Source: Candidatus Caldarchaeales archaeon (GTDB taxonomy: Archaea; Thermoproteota; Nitrososphaeria_A; Caldarchaeales; Calditenuaceae). From it: a stretch of DNA of 64,000 bases. The translations under genes and the position numbers were made by a program. Numbering within the stretch: the stretch's first letter is position 1; each line of letters opens with the position of its first letter. Where the stretch lies: the NCBI GenBank assembly GCA_039630085.1, contig JBCNVM010000003.1:32001-96000 (forward strand), written 5' to 3'. This document shows positions 56,335-64,000 of the stretch, piece by piece. The notes under the pieces are model-generated. The model was not told the origin of the DNA. It made no database searches and saw only the letters and a list, made by a program, of their open reading frames with translations.

Positions 56335-57365
56335 TCGATCGTGACGACCTCGTTCGGGACCCTCACGAACTTGTTGATGCCCGTCATCGCGATCAGGCGG
56401 CAGTTGTCGATGACCTCCGTCAGGCTCTTGAGGACCACCCTGTAGGAGAGGGCCCTGTCCTGGTCCCTGACGCTCTCGATGACCTTAGACTCGAGGGCGT
56501 TGATCTCCTGGATGAGCTCGGGGATGAGCGACATCGAGTCCTCAAGGAGCTTCAGGTCGCCGACGAGGTAGCCGTTCAGCGCCATCCCGAACGCCGTCGT
56601 GATCTCGGTCGCGAGGTGCGAGAGCTCCGCGGCCAGACCCCTCGGGTCCCTCTCCTTCGACCCCGCCCACTTCACCGCCTCCCTAGAGATCTGGAGGGCT
56701 TGGTCGGCGATCTCCTCGACGGCCGAGAGGACGACCCTCAGTCCCAGCAGCGCGAGGGGAGACTCTATCCCCAGCGTCTTGATCAGTGACTTGTCCCTTC
56801 CGGCCATCAGGATCTGCCTCAGCCCGAGGAAGTAGTAGCTGTCGATCTTCTGCTCGGCCCTCGCGACCTCTGATGCCTTCTCCGGGAGGTTCTCGACGAA
56901 CGCGTCGACCGCAGACTCGAGCATCGAGGCGATCAGCGCTTGCATCCTCCTCATCAGCTCCTCGATCGTGTACTTGCTGGAGTCAATGATCACCCTCAGC
57001 TCCAGCTCAAAGTCGTCCTGCCTGATCACCTCGAGGCCGGGGAGCCTGTCGACCTCCGCGATGATCTCGTCGAACATCCAAGAGTTCGCGCCGCTCATCG
57101 ACCTCACCGTGATCCTGTCAACGCCCTGCAGGTAGCACGCGGTCACGATCCTGTGGAGCGAGTCGACCGAGTGGAGCTTATCGGCCTCGATCCTGGCAAC
57201 TAGGGACCTCTCGGGCTTGAGGGCGGTCCTGATCAGGACGCCCTCGTCGGAGACCTCGACGTAGACCTGGTCGCCGGCCCTCAGGCCCCGCTCCGCGACC
57301 CACCTCCTCGGCAGCGAGACCACCAGGGTCGTCGAGCCCAGCCTCTGAAGCCTCCTGACCTCCAT
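56325..57365 (-). CDS. AbrB-PhoU family regulator
   Basis: RRLQRLGSTTLVVSLPRRW AbrB domain, ACYLQG and PhoU-like helices. Start reassigned to 57365. Confidence 0.85.
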   Translation of the reverse strand: MEVRRLQRLGSTTLVVSLPRRWVAERGLRAGDQVYVEVSDEGVLIRTALKPERSLVARIEADKLHSVDSLHRIVTACYLQGVDRITVRSMSGANSWMFDEIIAEVDRLPGLEVIRQDDFELELRVIIDSSKYTIEELMRRMQALIASMLESAVDAFVENLPEKASEVARAEQKIDSYYFLGLRQILMAGRDKSLIKTLGIESPLALLGLRVVLSAVEEIADQALQISREAVKWAGSKERDPRGLAAELSHLATEITTAFGMALNGYLVGDLKLLEDSMSLIPELIQEINALESKVIESVRDQDRALSYRVVLKSLTEVIDNCRLIAMTGINKFVRVPNEVVTIDYE

Positions 57366-57375
57366 GTCTCTGGGG

Positions 57376-57390
57376 TATATGCGGCATATA
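57376..57390. promoter_or_regulatory. 15-bp palindrome upstream of the AbrB-PhoU gene
   Basis: TATATGC-G-GCATATA, 10 nt upstream of the ATG. Confidence 0.4.
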
Positions 57391-57454
57391 TCGGATATTA
57401 GGGTGTTTGCGCCCTCCGCTTCGGGGGAACCTCCTCGTCCCGATCGTGGCCGCC

Positions 57455-58414
57455 TCAGTACATCTCCTTCAGCTGCTCGGCGGGCAGGAAATCCTCCTCG
57501 AGCCTCCGGTACCTCTCGAGTCCGACCAGGGAGTGGTGGTCTGCGGTCGGAAGGCCCTTCTCCTGCAGCTCCAGCTCCCACTGGGCCTCCTCCTGCCGCT
57601 CGGCGAGGGCCCTCGCGAACCTGTAGACCGCCATCATCTCCGCGTGGAGGGCGCCCATGCTCACTATGATCAGCTTGTAGCCCCTCGAGGCGATCTCGGA
57701 GAACCTCAGCGGCCTCGCGGCCTCGGTCCACCTGAAGCTCGAGGAGTAGTTGAAGACCAGCGGGACGTCAGGGTGCTCCCTCCTGACCCGGTCGGCGAAC
57801 TCCCAGGCCAGCTCGTCGTCGGGCCTCCTGAACTCGGCCCAGATGGCGTCTGCTCCTGCGTCCCTGAACGCGACCGCCCTCCTGACCGCCTCCTCGAGCG
57901 TCCCGCCCTTGGTCCCCAAAACGTCGGTCCTCGCGATCAGGACGAAGTCCGGGTCGACGGCGTCCCTCCTCCTTGCTAGGGACTTGACCTTCAGCACCGC
58001 CTCCTCGAACCCGATGACCCTCTTCCCCGCCAGATGGCCGCAACGCTTCGGGAACCTCTGGTCCTCGACGTGTATGGCCGCGACCCCGGCCGCGACGAAC
58101 TCCTCGACGGTTCTGGTCGCGGTCACGGCGTTCCCGTAGCCGTCGTCCGCGTCGGATATCACGGGGATGCTGACCGCCCTCGCGACCCTGCCCGCGAACT
58201 CGACCATCTCCGGGAGCGTCAGGAACCCTATGTCGGGCCTCACGAGGTACCCGATGGAGCAGGAGTAGCCGCTCACGTACGCCGCCTTAAGCCCCGCCAT
58301 CTCCACGAGCTTCGCCTGGATCGGCGTGTAGACCCCGGTCGTCCAGACGTAGTCCTCCTGCCTGAGGAGCCTCCTCAGCTCCCTGCTCCTGTCCACGCGG
58401 GAACTCAGACCCAT
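57455..58414 (-). CDS. Isocitrate lyase/PEP mutase family enzyme (short ICL-like)
   Basis: YVSGY, DADDGYG, HVEDQ..PKRCGHL, IARTD and FNYSSSF motifs. Confidence 0.88.
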   Translation of the reverse strand: MGLSSRVDRSRELRRLLRQEDYVWTTGVYTPIQAKLVEMAGLKAAYVSGYSCSIGYLVRPDIGFLTLPEMVEFAGRVARAVSIPVISDADDGYGNAVTATRTVEEFVAAGVAAIHVEDQRFPKRCGHLAGKRVIGFEEAVLKVKSLARRRDAVDPDFVLIARTDVLGTKGGTLEEAVRRAVAFRDAGADAIWAEFRRPDDELAWEFADRVRREHPDVPLVFNYSSSFRWTEAARPLRFSEIASRGYKLIIVSMGALHAEMMAVYRFARALAERQEEAQWELELQEKGLPTADHHSLVGLERYRRLEEDFLPAEQLKEMY

Positions 58415-58527
58415 CCGGATAAAGAGTTCGACCCGACCCGGTCAAGACAAACGCCTGTGAGGTTCGACCTTCGTCCCGTTACGTAGCACAACGATTAATA
58501 TCACGCATAACTGTAGAATAAATCGAG

Positions 58528-59706
58528 ATGGGCAGAAGGGTCGCGGTTGTAGGCATAGGAATAACCCGGTTCGGCAGGAGGTCCGACGCCTCTCTCAGCG
58601 AGCTGGCCTTCGAGGCGGGCAGGGAGGCGATAAAGGACGCGGGGATCGAGCCCAAGGACGTGAGGTTCCTCTCGGTGGGGAACGTGGGTGCCTGGAGCGC
58701 CGAGCCCCTTCCGGCGGTACTGGTCTCGGAGTACCTCGGGCTGGACCACTCCGGGACGATGAGGGTCGAGGCCGCCTGCGCCTCGGGGAGCGCGGCGATC
58801 AAGGTCGCCTACGACGCGGTCGCCTCGGGGTCGGTCGACGTCGCGATGGCCCTCGGCGTCGAGAGGATGAACGAGTCACCGACGCCGAACGTCGTGGAGC
58901 TGATAGGCCGCTCGGGGAACTACTTCTGGGAGTTCGAGAACTTCGGGCTTACCTTCCCGGGATACTACGCGATCTACGCAACCGCCTACATGGACAAGTA
59001 CGGCGCGAGGGAGGAGGACATCGCGGAGGTCGCGGTGAAGAACCACTACTACGGCTCGATGAACCCGTACGCGCAGTTCCAGAGGCCCGTGAGGCTCGAG
59101 GAGGTGATGTCCTCGAGGTACATCGCTTGGCCCTTGAAGCTCCTCGAGTGCTCCCCGATCACCGACGGAGCCGCAGCGGCCGTCTTAGCCTCGGAGGAGG
59201 TCGCGAGGAAGCTGACCGACTCGCCGGTCTGGATCAAGGGGATGGGCTACGCGACGGGGACCTCCAACCTCTCGAAGAGGGAGGACTTCCTGGGCCTCGA
59301 GCCCGCCGCGAGGGCGGCCAGACAGGCTTACGCGATGGCCGGCATAAATCCCGAGAGGCCCTACAAGCAGGTGGACGTCGCGACGGTCCACGACTGCTTC
59401 TCCATCGCGGAGATCCTGGCATACGAGGACCTCGGCTTCGCGAGGAGGGGAGAGGGCTACATGCTGCTGAAGGAGCACCAGACCTACATCGGCGGTCTGG
59501 TGCCCGTCAACCTCGACGGCGGCCTGAAGGCGAAGGGTCACCCGATCGGCGCGACGGGCGTCGGGATGGCGGTGGAGGCGGTAAAGCAGCTCAGGAGGAA
59601 GGCTGAGCCCGGAAGGCAGGCGGACATAAGGAACGGCGTCGCGCTCGCACACAACGTCGGCGGAACCGGTCACTACGCCTACGTGACCGTCTACTCGATC
59701 GACTGA
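58528..59706 (+). CDS. Thiolase (acetyl-CoA C-acyltransferase, SCP2-type)
   Basis: EAACASG, CSPITDGAAA, VHDCF, GHPIGATG and HNVGG motifs. Confidence 0.93.
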   Translation: MGRRVAVVGIGITRFGRRSDASLSELAFEAGREAIKDAGIEPKDVRFLSVGNVGAWSAEPLPAVLVSEYLGLDHSGTMRVEAACASGSAAIKVAYDAVASGSVDVAMALGVERMNESPTPNVVELIGRSGNYFWEFENFGLTFPGYYAIYATAYMDKYGAREEDIAEVAVKNHYYGSMNPYAQFQRPVRLEEVMSSRYIAWPLKLLECSPITDGAAAAVLASEEVARKLTDSPVWIKGMGYATGTSNLSKREDFLGLEPAARAARQAYAMAGINPERPYKQVDVATVHDCFSIAEILAYEDLGFARRGEGYMLLKEHQTYIGGLVPVNLDGGLKAKGHPIGATGVGMAVEAVKQLRRKAEPGRQADIRNGVALAHNVGGTGHYAYVTVYSID

Positions 59707-59769
59707 CCGTCAGGAGCTCCAGGCCTCGACCGGTGGCTTTATAGCTCGTCGACCGTTGGTCCGCGCGGC

Positions 59770-60774
59770 ATGAGGGCAGTAGTCCTAAGGAGGTTCAACG
59801 AGGCCCCCGTTTTGGAGGAAGTCGAGCGGCATGAGAGTCCACCTGAAGGGTACGCGCTGGTAGAGGTGAAGGCCGCGGGCGTCTGCTACAGGGACCTGCT
59901 CGTGACGGAGGGGAAGTTCCCCAGGGCGAGGCTACCGGTGGTGCTGGGACACGAGTTCTCCGGGAGGGTCCTCCGGGTGAGCGGCGACTCGGGCATCAGG
60001 GAGGGCGAACTGGTCGCGGGGCTGCCGCACACGGTCTGCGGCTCGTGCGAGTACTGCCTGACGAAGCGGGAGAACCTCTGCGTCAACAGGCTCTGGTACG
60101 GCGAGGCGATCGACGGGACCTTCAGGGAGGTGACCGCCGTCGACCTGAAGACGGTCGTCAGGGTTCCAGACGGAGTCGCGCCAGAGGCGGCGGCGATCTC
60201 GAGCTGCGTCGTCGGGATGCTCCTCCACGGCATCAGGGACGTCGGGGAGGCCAGAAGGGGGGAGAGGGCCCTGGTGACGGGAGCCGGCGGAGGCGTCGGG
60301 ATCCACGCGGTCCAGGTCGCGAAGGCGATCGGGTGCAGGGTCGTCGCGGTCACGAGGTCCGAGTCGAAGGCCCACGAGGTGAGGAGGGCCGGAGCCGACG
60401 ACGTGATCGTCGGGAGCGCCTTCTCCGAGGAGGTGAAGAAGAGGTGGGACGGGGTCGACCTCGTCGTCGAGTGCGTCGGCGAGCCGACCTTCAGCGAGAG
60501 CATCAGGTCCCTTAAGTGGGGAGGGAGGATCGTGCTGATAGGGAACGTGACCGCCGGGACCTTCCCGCTCCCCTTGGGACTGGTCATCCTGAAGGGCCTC
60601 AGCGTGAGGGGGGTCGTGGGGTCGACGATGTCGACGCTCCGGGAGGCGCTCGAGATGATGGCCCGGGGCGACGTGAGGCCGGTCGTGAGGCCGCTCAGGC
60701 TCGAGGAGTTCGCCCAGGCCCTCGAGGCGCTGAAGTCGGGGGCCGCGCTGGGGAGGTTCGTTCTCAGGCCCTGA
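59770..60774 (+). CDS. Zn-dependent MDR dehydrogenase/reductase
   Basis: GVCYRD, GHEFSG, CGSCEYC..C and TGAGGGVG motifs. Confidence 0.88.
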   Translation: MRAVVLRRFNEAPVLEEVERHESPPEGYALVEVKAAGVCYRDLLVTEGKFPRARLPVVLGHEFSGRVLRVSGDSGIREGELVAGLPHTVCGSCEYCLTKRENLCVNRLWYGEAIDGTFREVTAVDLKTVVRVPDGVAPEAAAISSCVVGMLLHGIRDVGEARRGERALVTGAGGGVGIHAVQVAKAIGCRVVAVTRSESKAHEVRRAGADDVIVGSAFSEEVKKRWDGVDLVVECVGEPTFSESIRSLKWGGRIVLIGNVTAGTFPLPLGLVILKGLSVRGVVGSTMSTLREALEMMARGDVRPVVRPLRLEEFAQALEALKSGAALGRFVLRP

Positions 60775-61933
60775 GGAGCCCTATCACCTCCGAGGCCGGC
60801 GCGTCGGTCTTCACAGCTGAACCGTCGTAGTGGACTCTGGAGGCCCTGAACCCCAACGACCTCAGCTGCTCGATCAGCCACGAGACGTTCGGCGGGGAGC
60901 ACTTGGCCCTGCTCGCGAGCTCGGAGACCGGATAGGAGTACGGGACATCGGGGAGCTCCTCCTTGACGCGCTTCAGGACCCTGACCGCCTCACCGAAGAC
61001 CGGGTCCTCGGCCAGCTCGGAGCTCAGGGCCCTTTCGACGAGCGAGCCGTCCTTCAGCGGCCCCAGCCATAGCGGCCCCAGAGCCCTGACCTCCGCACCG
61101 CACGACGAGCACCGGCCTCCGAGATCCTTGGGGTCCCTGACGGCCTCGACGGCCAGGCACGAGTCGCAGTAGCGGAGGTACCCGAGCGCCGAGATGGCCT
61201 CGAGGGCCCTGAGCTTCCCCCTCTCGACCCTCACGAAGACCCTGACGAAGTGGGCCCGGACTACCGAGAGGACCGGGACCGCGGACCTCGAGAGCCTCCC
61301 CGCGGTGACCGCGCAGAGCGCCGCTAGTGCCCTCATGGCCACCTCCTTCCCGAAGACGGTCCTCGAGAGGTTCAGCGAGTACCTCCACTTGGCGGTCCTC
61401 TGGGAGGCCCCGGTCAGGGCTGCGAGGTCGGTCGCCGAGACTCCAACGAGCCCCTCGCTCCTCACGGCCCTGATCGAGTTCTCGAGGAACCTCGCGGGCG
61501 AGCCTGACGGGTCCAAGTCGACGTAGTGGACCCTCGACCCCTCCGCGGCGAGTTTGACAAGCAGGAGGTTCCCGTCCATGTGGTATCCCCTGAGGGAGCC
61601 CTCGAGGCCGTTGAGCCTCGCGTTCAGCTCGATCAGCCTCGCGGACCGCTCATTGATGTCGCTCGCGTGGCCCTCCGTGAACCTAGACGCCTCGAGCATC
61701 AGCCTCACCGCCCTCGCTCCGAGCCCTGCCAGGGGCTCCGCTAGGGTCTTTCCTGACGAGTCGAAGTAGGCCGCCGTCGCCAGGACCGCGAAGTCCCTCG
61801 ATATCTTGGAGGCAGGGTTGTAGAACGCCGGGAGCTTCGAGGGCTCGACCCTCCCGACGCCTACAGGGACTATCAGCCTGGCCTTGCCCTCGACCAGCTC
61901 GGTCGTCGGGAAGTCCAGCTCCAAGCCCTTCAC
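60764..61933 (-). CDS. trm1: tRNA (guanine26-N2) dimethyltransferase
   Basis: FYNP...SRD, DLDPSGSP, ATD, two CxxC, GPLWLGPL and KTDAP motifs. Confidence 0.9.
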   Translation of the reverse strand: MKGLELDFPTTELVEGKARLIVPVGVGRVEPSKLPAFYNPASKISRDFAVLATAAYFDSSGKTLAEPLAGLGARAVRLMLEASRFTEGHASDINERSARLIELNARLNGLEGSLRGYHMDGNLLLVKLAAEGSRVHYVDLDPSGSPARFLENSIRAVRSEGLVGVSATDLAALTGASQRTAKWRYSLNLSRTVFGKEVAMRALAALCAVTAGRLSRSAVPVLSVVRAHFVRVFVRVERGKLRALEAISALGYLRYCDSCLAVEAVRDPKDLGGRCSSCGAEVRALGPLWLGPLKDGSLVERALSSELAEDPVFGEAVRVLKRVKEELPDVPYSYPVSELASRAKCSPPNVSWLIEQLRSLGFRASRVHYDGSAVKTDAPASEVIGLLRA

Positions 61934-62457
61934 CCCGACAGGTGCTCCACGGCCTCCCTCGCGACCCTCTCCGCCTCCCCGAACCTGACCACGAGCCTCA
62001 GCGTCGCAGAGGAGTTAAGCCTCTCGATCAGCGGGTGCCTGGCCCTGAAGTGGACCGTGAAGAGCGACCTCTCGAGCGAGCCTATGGACGAGCCGACGAC
62101 CTCCACGAACCTCTTCGACATCAGCTCCATCGGCCCGACCTCGTCGACGATCAGCACCGCTCCCCTTTCCACGGCGGCGGCGATCGCGGGGATCCCGAAC
62201 CTCTCGAGGTTCTCGGGGAAGACCGCGTACGACCCGAGCCTGTGCCTGCTGCTGAGGCCCTTCCTCGCGAGGGGGAGGGACGACGCGCTGGAGAGGTCAA
62301 CGACGTCGAACCCTATCCTCGCGGCCCCCTCCCTGACCTCCCTCGTGACGAACCCTCCGACCTCGAGGCCCCTCGACCTGAGCTGCTCGGCCGCGCCGAT
62401 CGCCGCGGTCGTCTTCCCTGACCCCGGGGGGCCCGTGATCACGACGAGCCTCCTCAT
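61930..62457 (-). CDS. Nucleoside triphosphatase (THEP1/NTPase 1)
   Basis: ITGPPGSGKTT, GGFVTREVR and VDEVGPME motifs. Confidence 0.9.
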   Translation of the reverse strand: MRRLVVITGPPGSGKTTAAIGAAEQLRSRGLEVGGFVTREVREGAARIGFDVVDLSSASSLPLARKGLSSRHRLGSYAVFPENLERFGIPAIAAAVERGAVLIVDEVGPMELMSKRFVEVVGSSIGSLERSLFTVHFRARHPLIERLNSSATLRLVVRFGEAERVAREAVEHLSG

Positions 62458-63095
62458 CGCTCATCGAGGTAGCGGTCGAGGGTGCACAGGGACCTGACGG
62501 TTCTCCAGGACCTCCTCACGTAGCCCGGGAAGTTCCCGGTGGCGGCGAGGGCCCTCAGGTGTCTCCTCGTCTTGGGGTCGCTGGGGTATCCGGACCCGAA
62601 GTCACCCAACGCCCTCACCGCCCTGTCCCTCGTGACCTTCGCGACGATCGAGGCGGCTGCGACTACGGCGAACCTCGCGTCGGCCCTCAACTCGAAGCGG
62701 ACCTCGACGCCCTCCACGCGGCCCATCAGCTCCCGCGCTCTCCTCGTGTCCCCGTACGGCGAGTCGACGTAGACGACCCGCGGCCTCACCTCCTCGATCA
62801 GCTCCCTCATCGCGCTCAGCTCGAGGGCGTTGAGGCCAGTGCCGCCGCTCGACCTCGCGGAGCGGTCTATGATCTCGGGCTCCAAGACCTTCACCCTGAT
62901 CACCGCACCCCTCTCCTTCAGCGCGCCGAAGAGCAGCTCCCTCCTCCTAGGCGTGAGCGACTTCGAGTCCCTGACGCCCATCCTCCTCAGCTCGCGTATC
63001 CTTTCCTCCTCGACCGCGAGGAGCGCGATCACCATCGGGCCCAGGACCGAGCCCCTTCCGGCCTCGTCGACGCCGGCGACCAGCGACCCCGCCAT
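62454..63095 (-). CDS. rnhB: Ribonuclease HII
   Basis: GVDEAGRG, RDSK, AASIVAKVTRD and GSGYPSDP motifs. Confidence 0.95.
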   Translation of the reverse strand: MAGSLVAGVDEAGRGSVLGPMVIALLAVEEERIRELRRMGVRDSKSLTPRRRELLFGALKERGAVIRVKVLEPEIIDRSARSSGGTGLNALELSAMRELIEEVRPRVVYVDSPYGDTRRARELMGRVEGVEVRFELRADARFAVVAAASIVAKVTRDRAVRALGDFGSGYPSDPKTRRHLRALAATGNFPGYVRRSWRTVRSLCTLDRYLDER

Positions 63096-63790
63096 CAGCC
63101 CCTGAACCTCGCGGTGACCATGACGTGGTCCAGCTCGTAGGGCTCGAGGTCGATCCTCCGCTCGACGACCGCGCCTCCCCTCTCCATCACCTCGATCTCC
63201 CTCCTGAAGACCCGCTCCGGGTCCTCGGTGCTGTCGATGCTCCTCGCCTTGATGGCCACCATTATCGTCCCCCCTGAACCGAGGAAGTGCCTCGCGTTGT
63301 CGATAACGATCCGGGCCTGGTCCGGCTGGGCGACGTCGCAGTAGATCACGTCGACCTTGCCCACGAGGAAGGCGTACCTCTCCGGGAGCCTCGCGTCCCC
63401 GAAGATCGGGGCGACGTTCCTCCTCCTCTTCGCCACCCTCTCGACGAACTGGGCCAGGACCCTCGGCGAGTATTCAACCGAGTAGACCATCCCTCCCTCG
63501 CCGACGACGTCGGAGACGTGGCTGACGGTCGTCCCGGAGGCCGCGCCGAGGTAGAGCACCCTCGTGCTCGGCGAGATCGGCATCCGCTCCAGCCCCTTGA
63601 GCAAGGCCGCGGCCAGCTTGCTCCTGTAGGGAACCCACTCCCGGTACTCCTCGCCCTGATGCCTGAAGAGCTGCTCGCCGTACACCGAGAAGCCCCTGTC
63701 CAGGTTCCTGGTGCAGAGGTACCGCTTGGTCCCGTCCCAGACCCAGTAGACGTTCTCCGCCGACTCGTGGGGCTCGACCCTCAGCGTCAA
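63095..63790 (-). CDS. flpA: Fibrillarin (C/D sRNP methyltransferase)
   Basis: VYGE, RSKLAA, LYLGAASGTTVSHVSD and DVAQPDQ motifs. Confidence 0.96.
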   Translation of the reverse strand: MTLRVEPHESAENVYWVWDGTKRYLCTRNLDRGFSVYGEQLFRHQGEEYREWVPYRSKLAAALLKGLERMPISPSTRVLYLGAASGTTVSHVSDVVGEGGMVYSVEYSPRVLAQFVERVAKRRRNVAPIFGDARLPERYAFLVGKVDVIYCDVAQPDQARIVIDNARHFLGSGGTIMVAIKARSIDSTEDPERVFRREIEVMERGGAVVERRIDLEPYELDHVMVTARFRG

Positions 63791-63849
63791 CTCCGTCCAG
63801 TTCAGGGCCCCGTTCTATCTAAACGGTTTTCCCGGGGCCGCGGGTTTGA

Positions 63850-64000
63850 TCACCTGCGCCTCCTAGGCCCCTTCGGGGGCTTGATGGGCCTCCTGACCTC
63901 GACCCTCTCCTTCGCCGGCGGCGCCGGGTACTTCCCCCTTATCTCCCGGACCCTCCGCTCGAGCTCCTCCCTCAGCTGCGCGGACCTGTCCTCCCCCGAG
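63850..64000 (-). CDS. nop5: Nop5/Nop56-58 C-terminus (partial)
   Basis: Reads SGEDRSAQLREELERRVREIRGKYPAPP...RRRR* and lies upstream of fibrillarin. Confidence 0.8.
   Translation of the reverse strand, partial: SGEDRSAQLREELERRVREIRGKYPAPPAKERVEVRRPIKPPKGPRRRR

Overview
High-GC archaeal chromosomal window. Archaeal markers include Rpo12/RpoP, aEF-2, fibrillarin/Nop5, Trm1, RNase HII, TrpB2, a geranylgeranyl reductase and an A1-U72 initiator tRNA-Met. Gene content suggests Thermoproteota, possibly Aigarchaeota/Caldarchaeales (inference). The flanks (about 1-29.3 kb and 55.6-64 kb) are mostly housekeeping and metabolic: PPDK, a Mo/W ABC importer with ModE, glutamate synthase, SucC, EtfB, family 5 UDG, isocitrate lyase, thiolase and three tRNAs. 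The middle ~26 kb (29.4-55.6 kb) is the notable part. A ubiquitin-like conjugation set (UBA3-like E1, a Ubl-GG-E2 fusion, an Rpn11-like JAB/MPN+ protease and a stand-alone RING protein) is interleaved with an archaeal type IV pilus locus (ATPase, TadC-like platform, about 7 pilin-like proteins). The same region carries a 1474-aa membrane protein with tape-measure-like helices and 14-aa C-terminal repeats, three proteins with SHOCT/CdvA-like motifs, an ABC exporter and two surface zinc peptidases. All calls come from reading motifs by eye; no searches were run.
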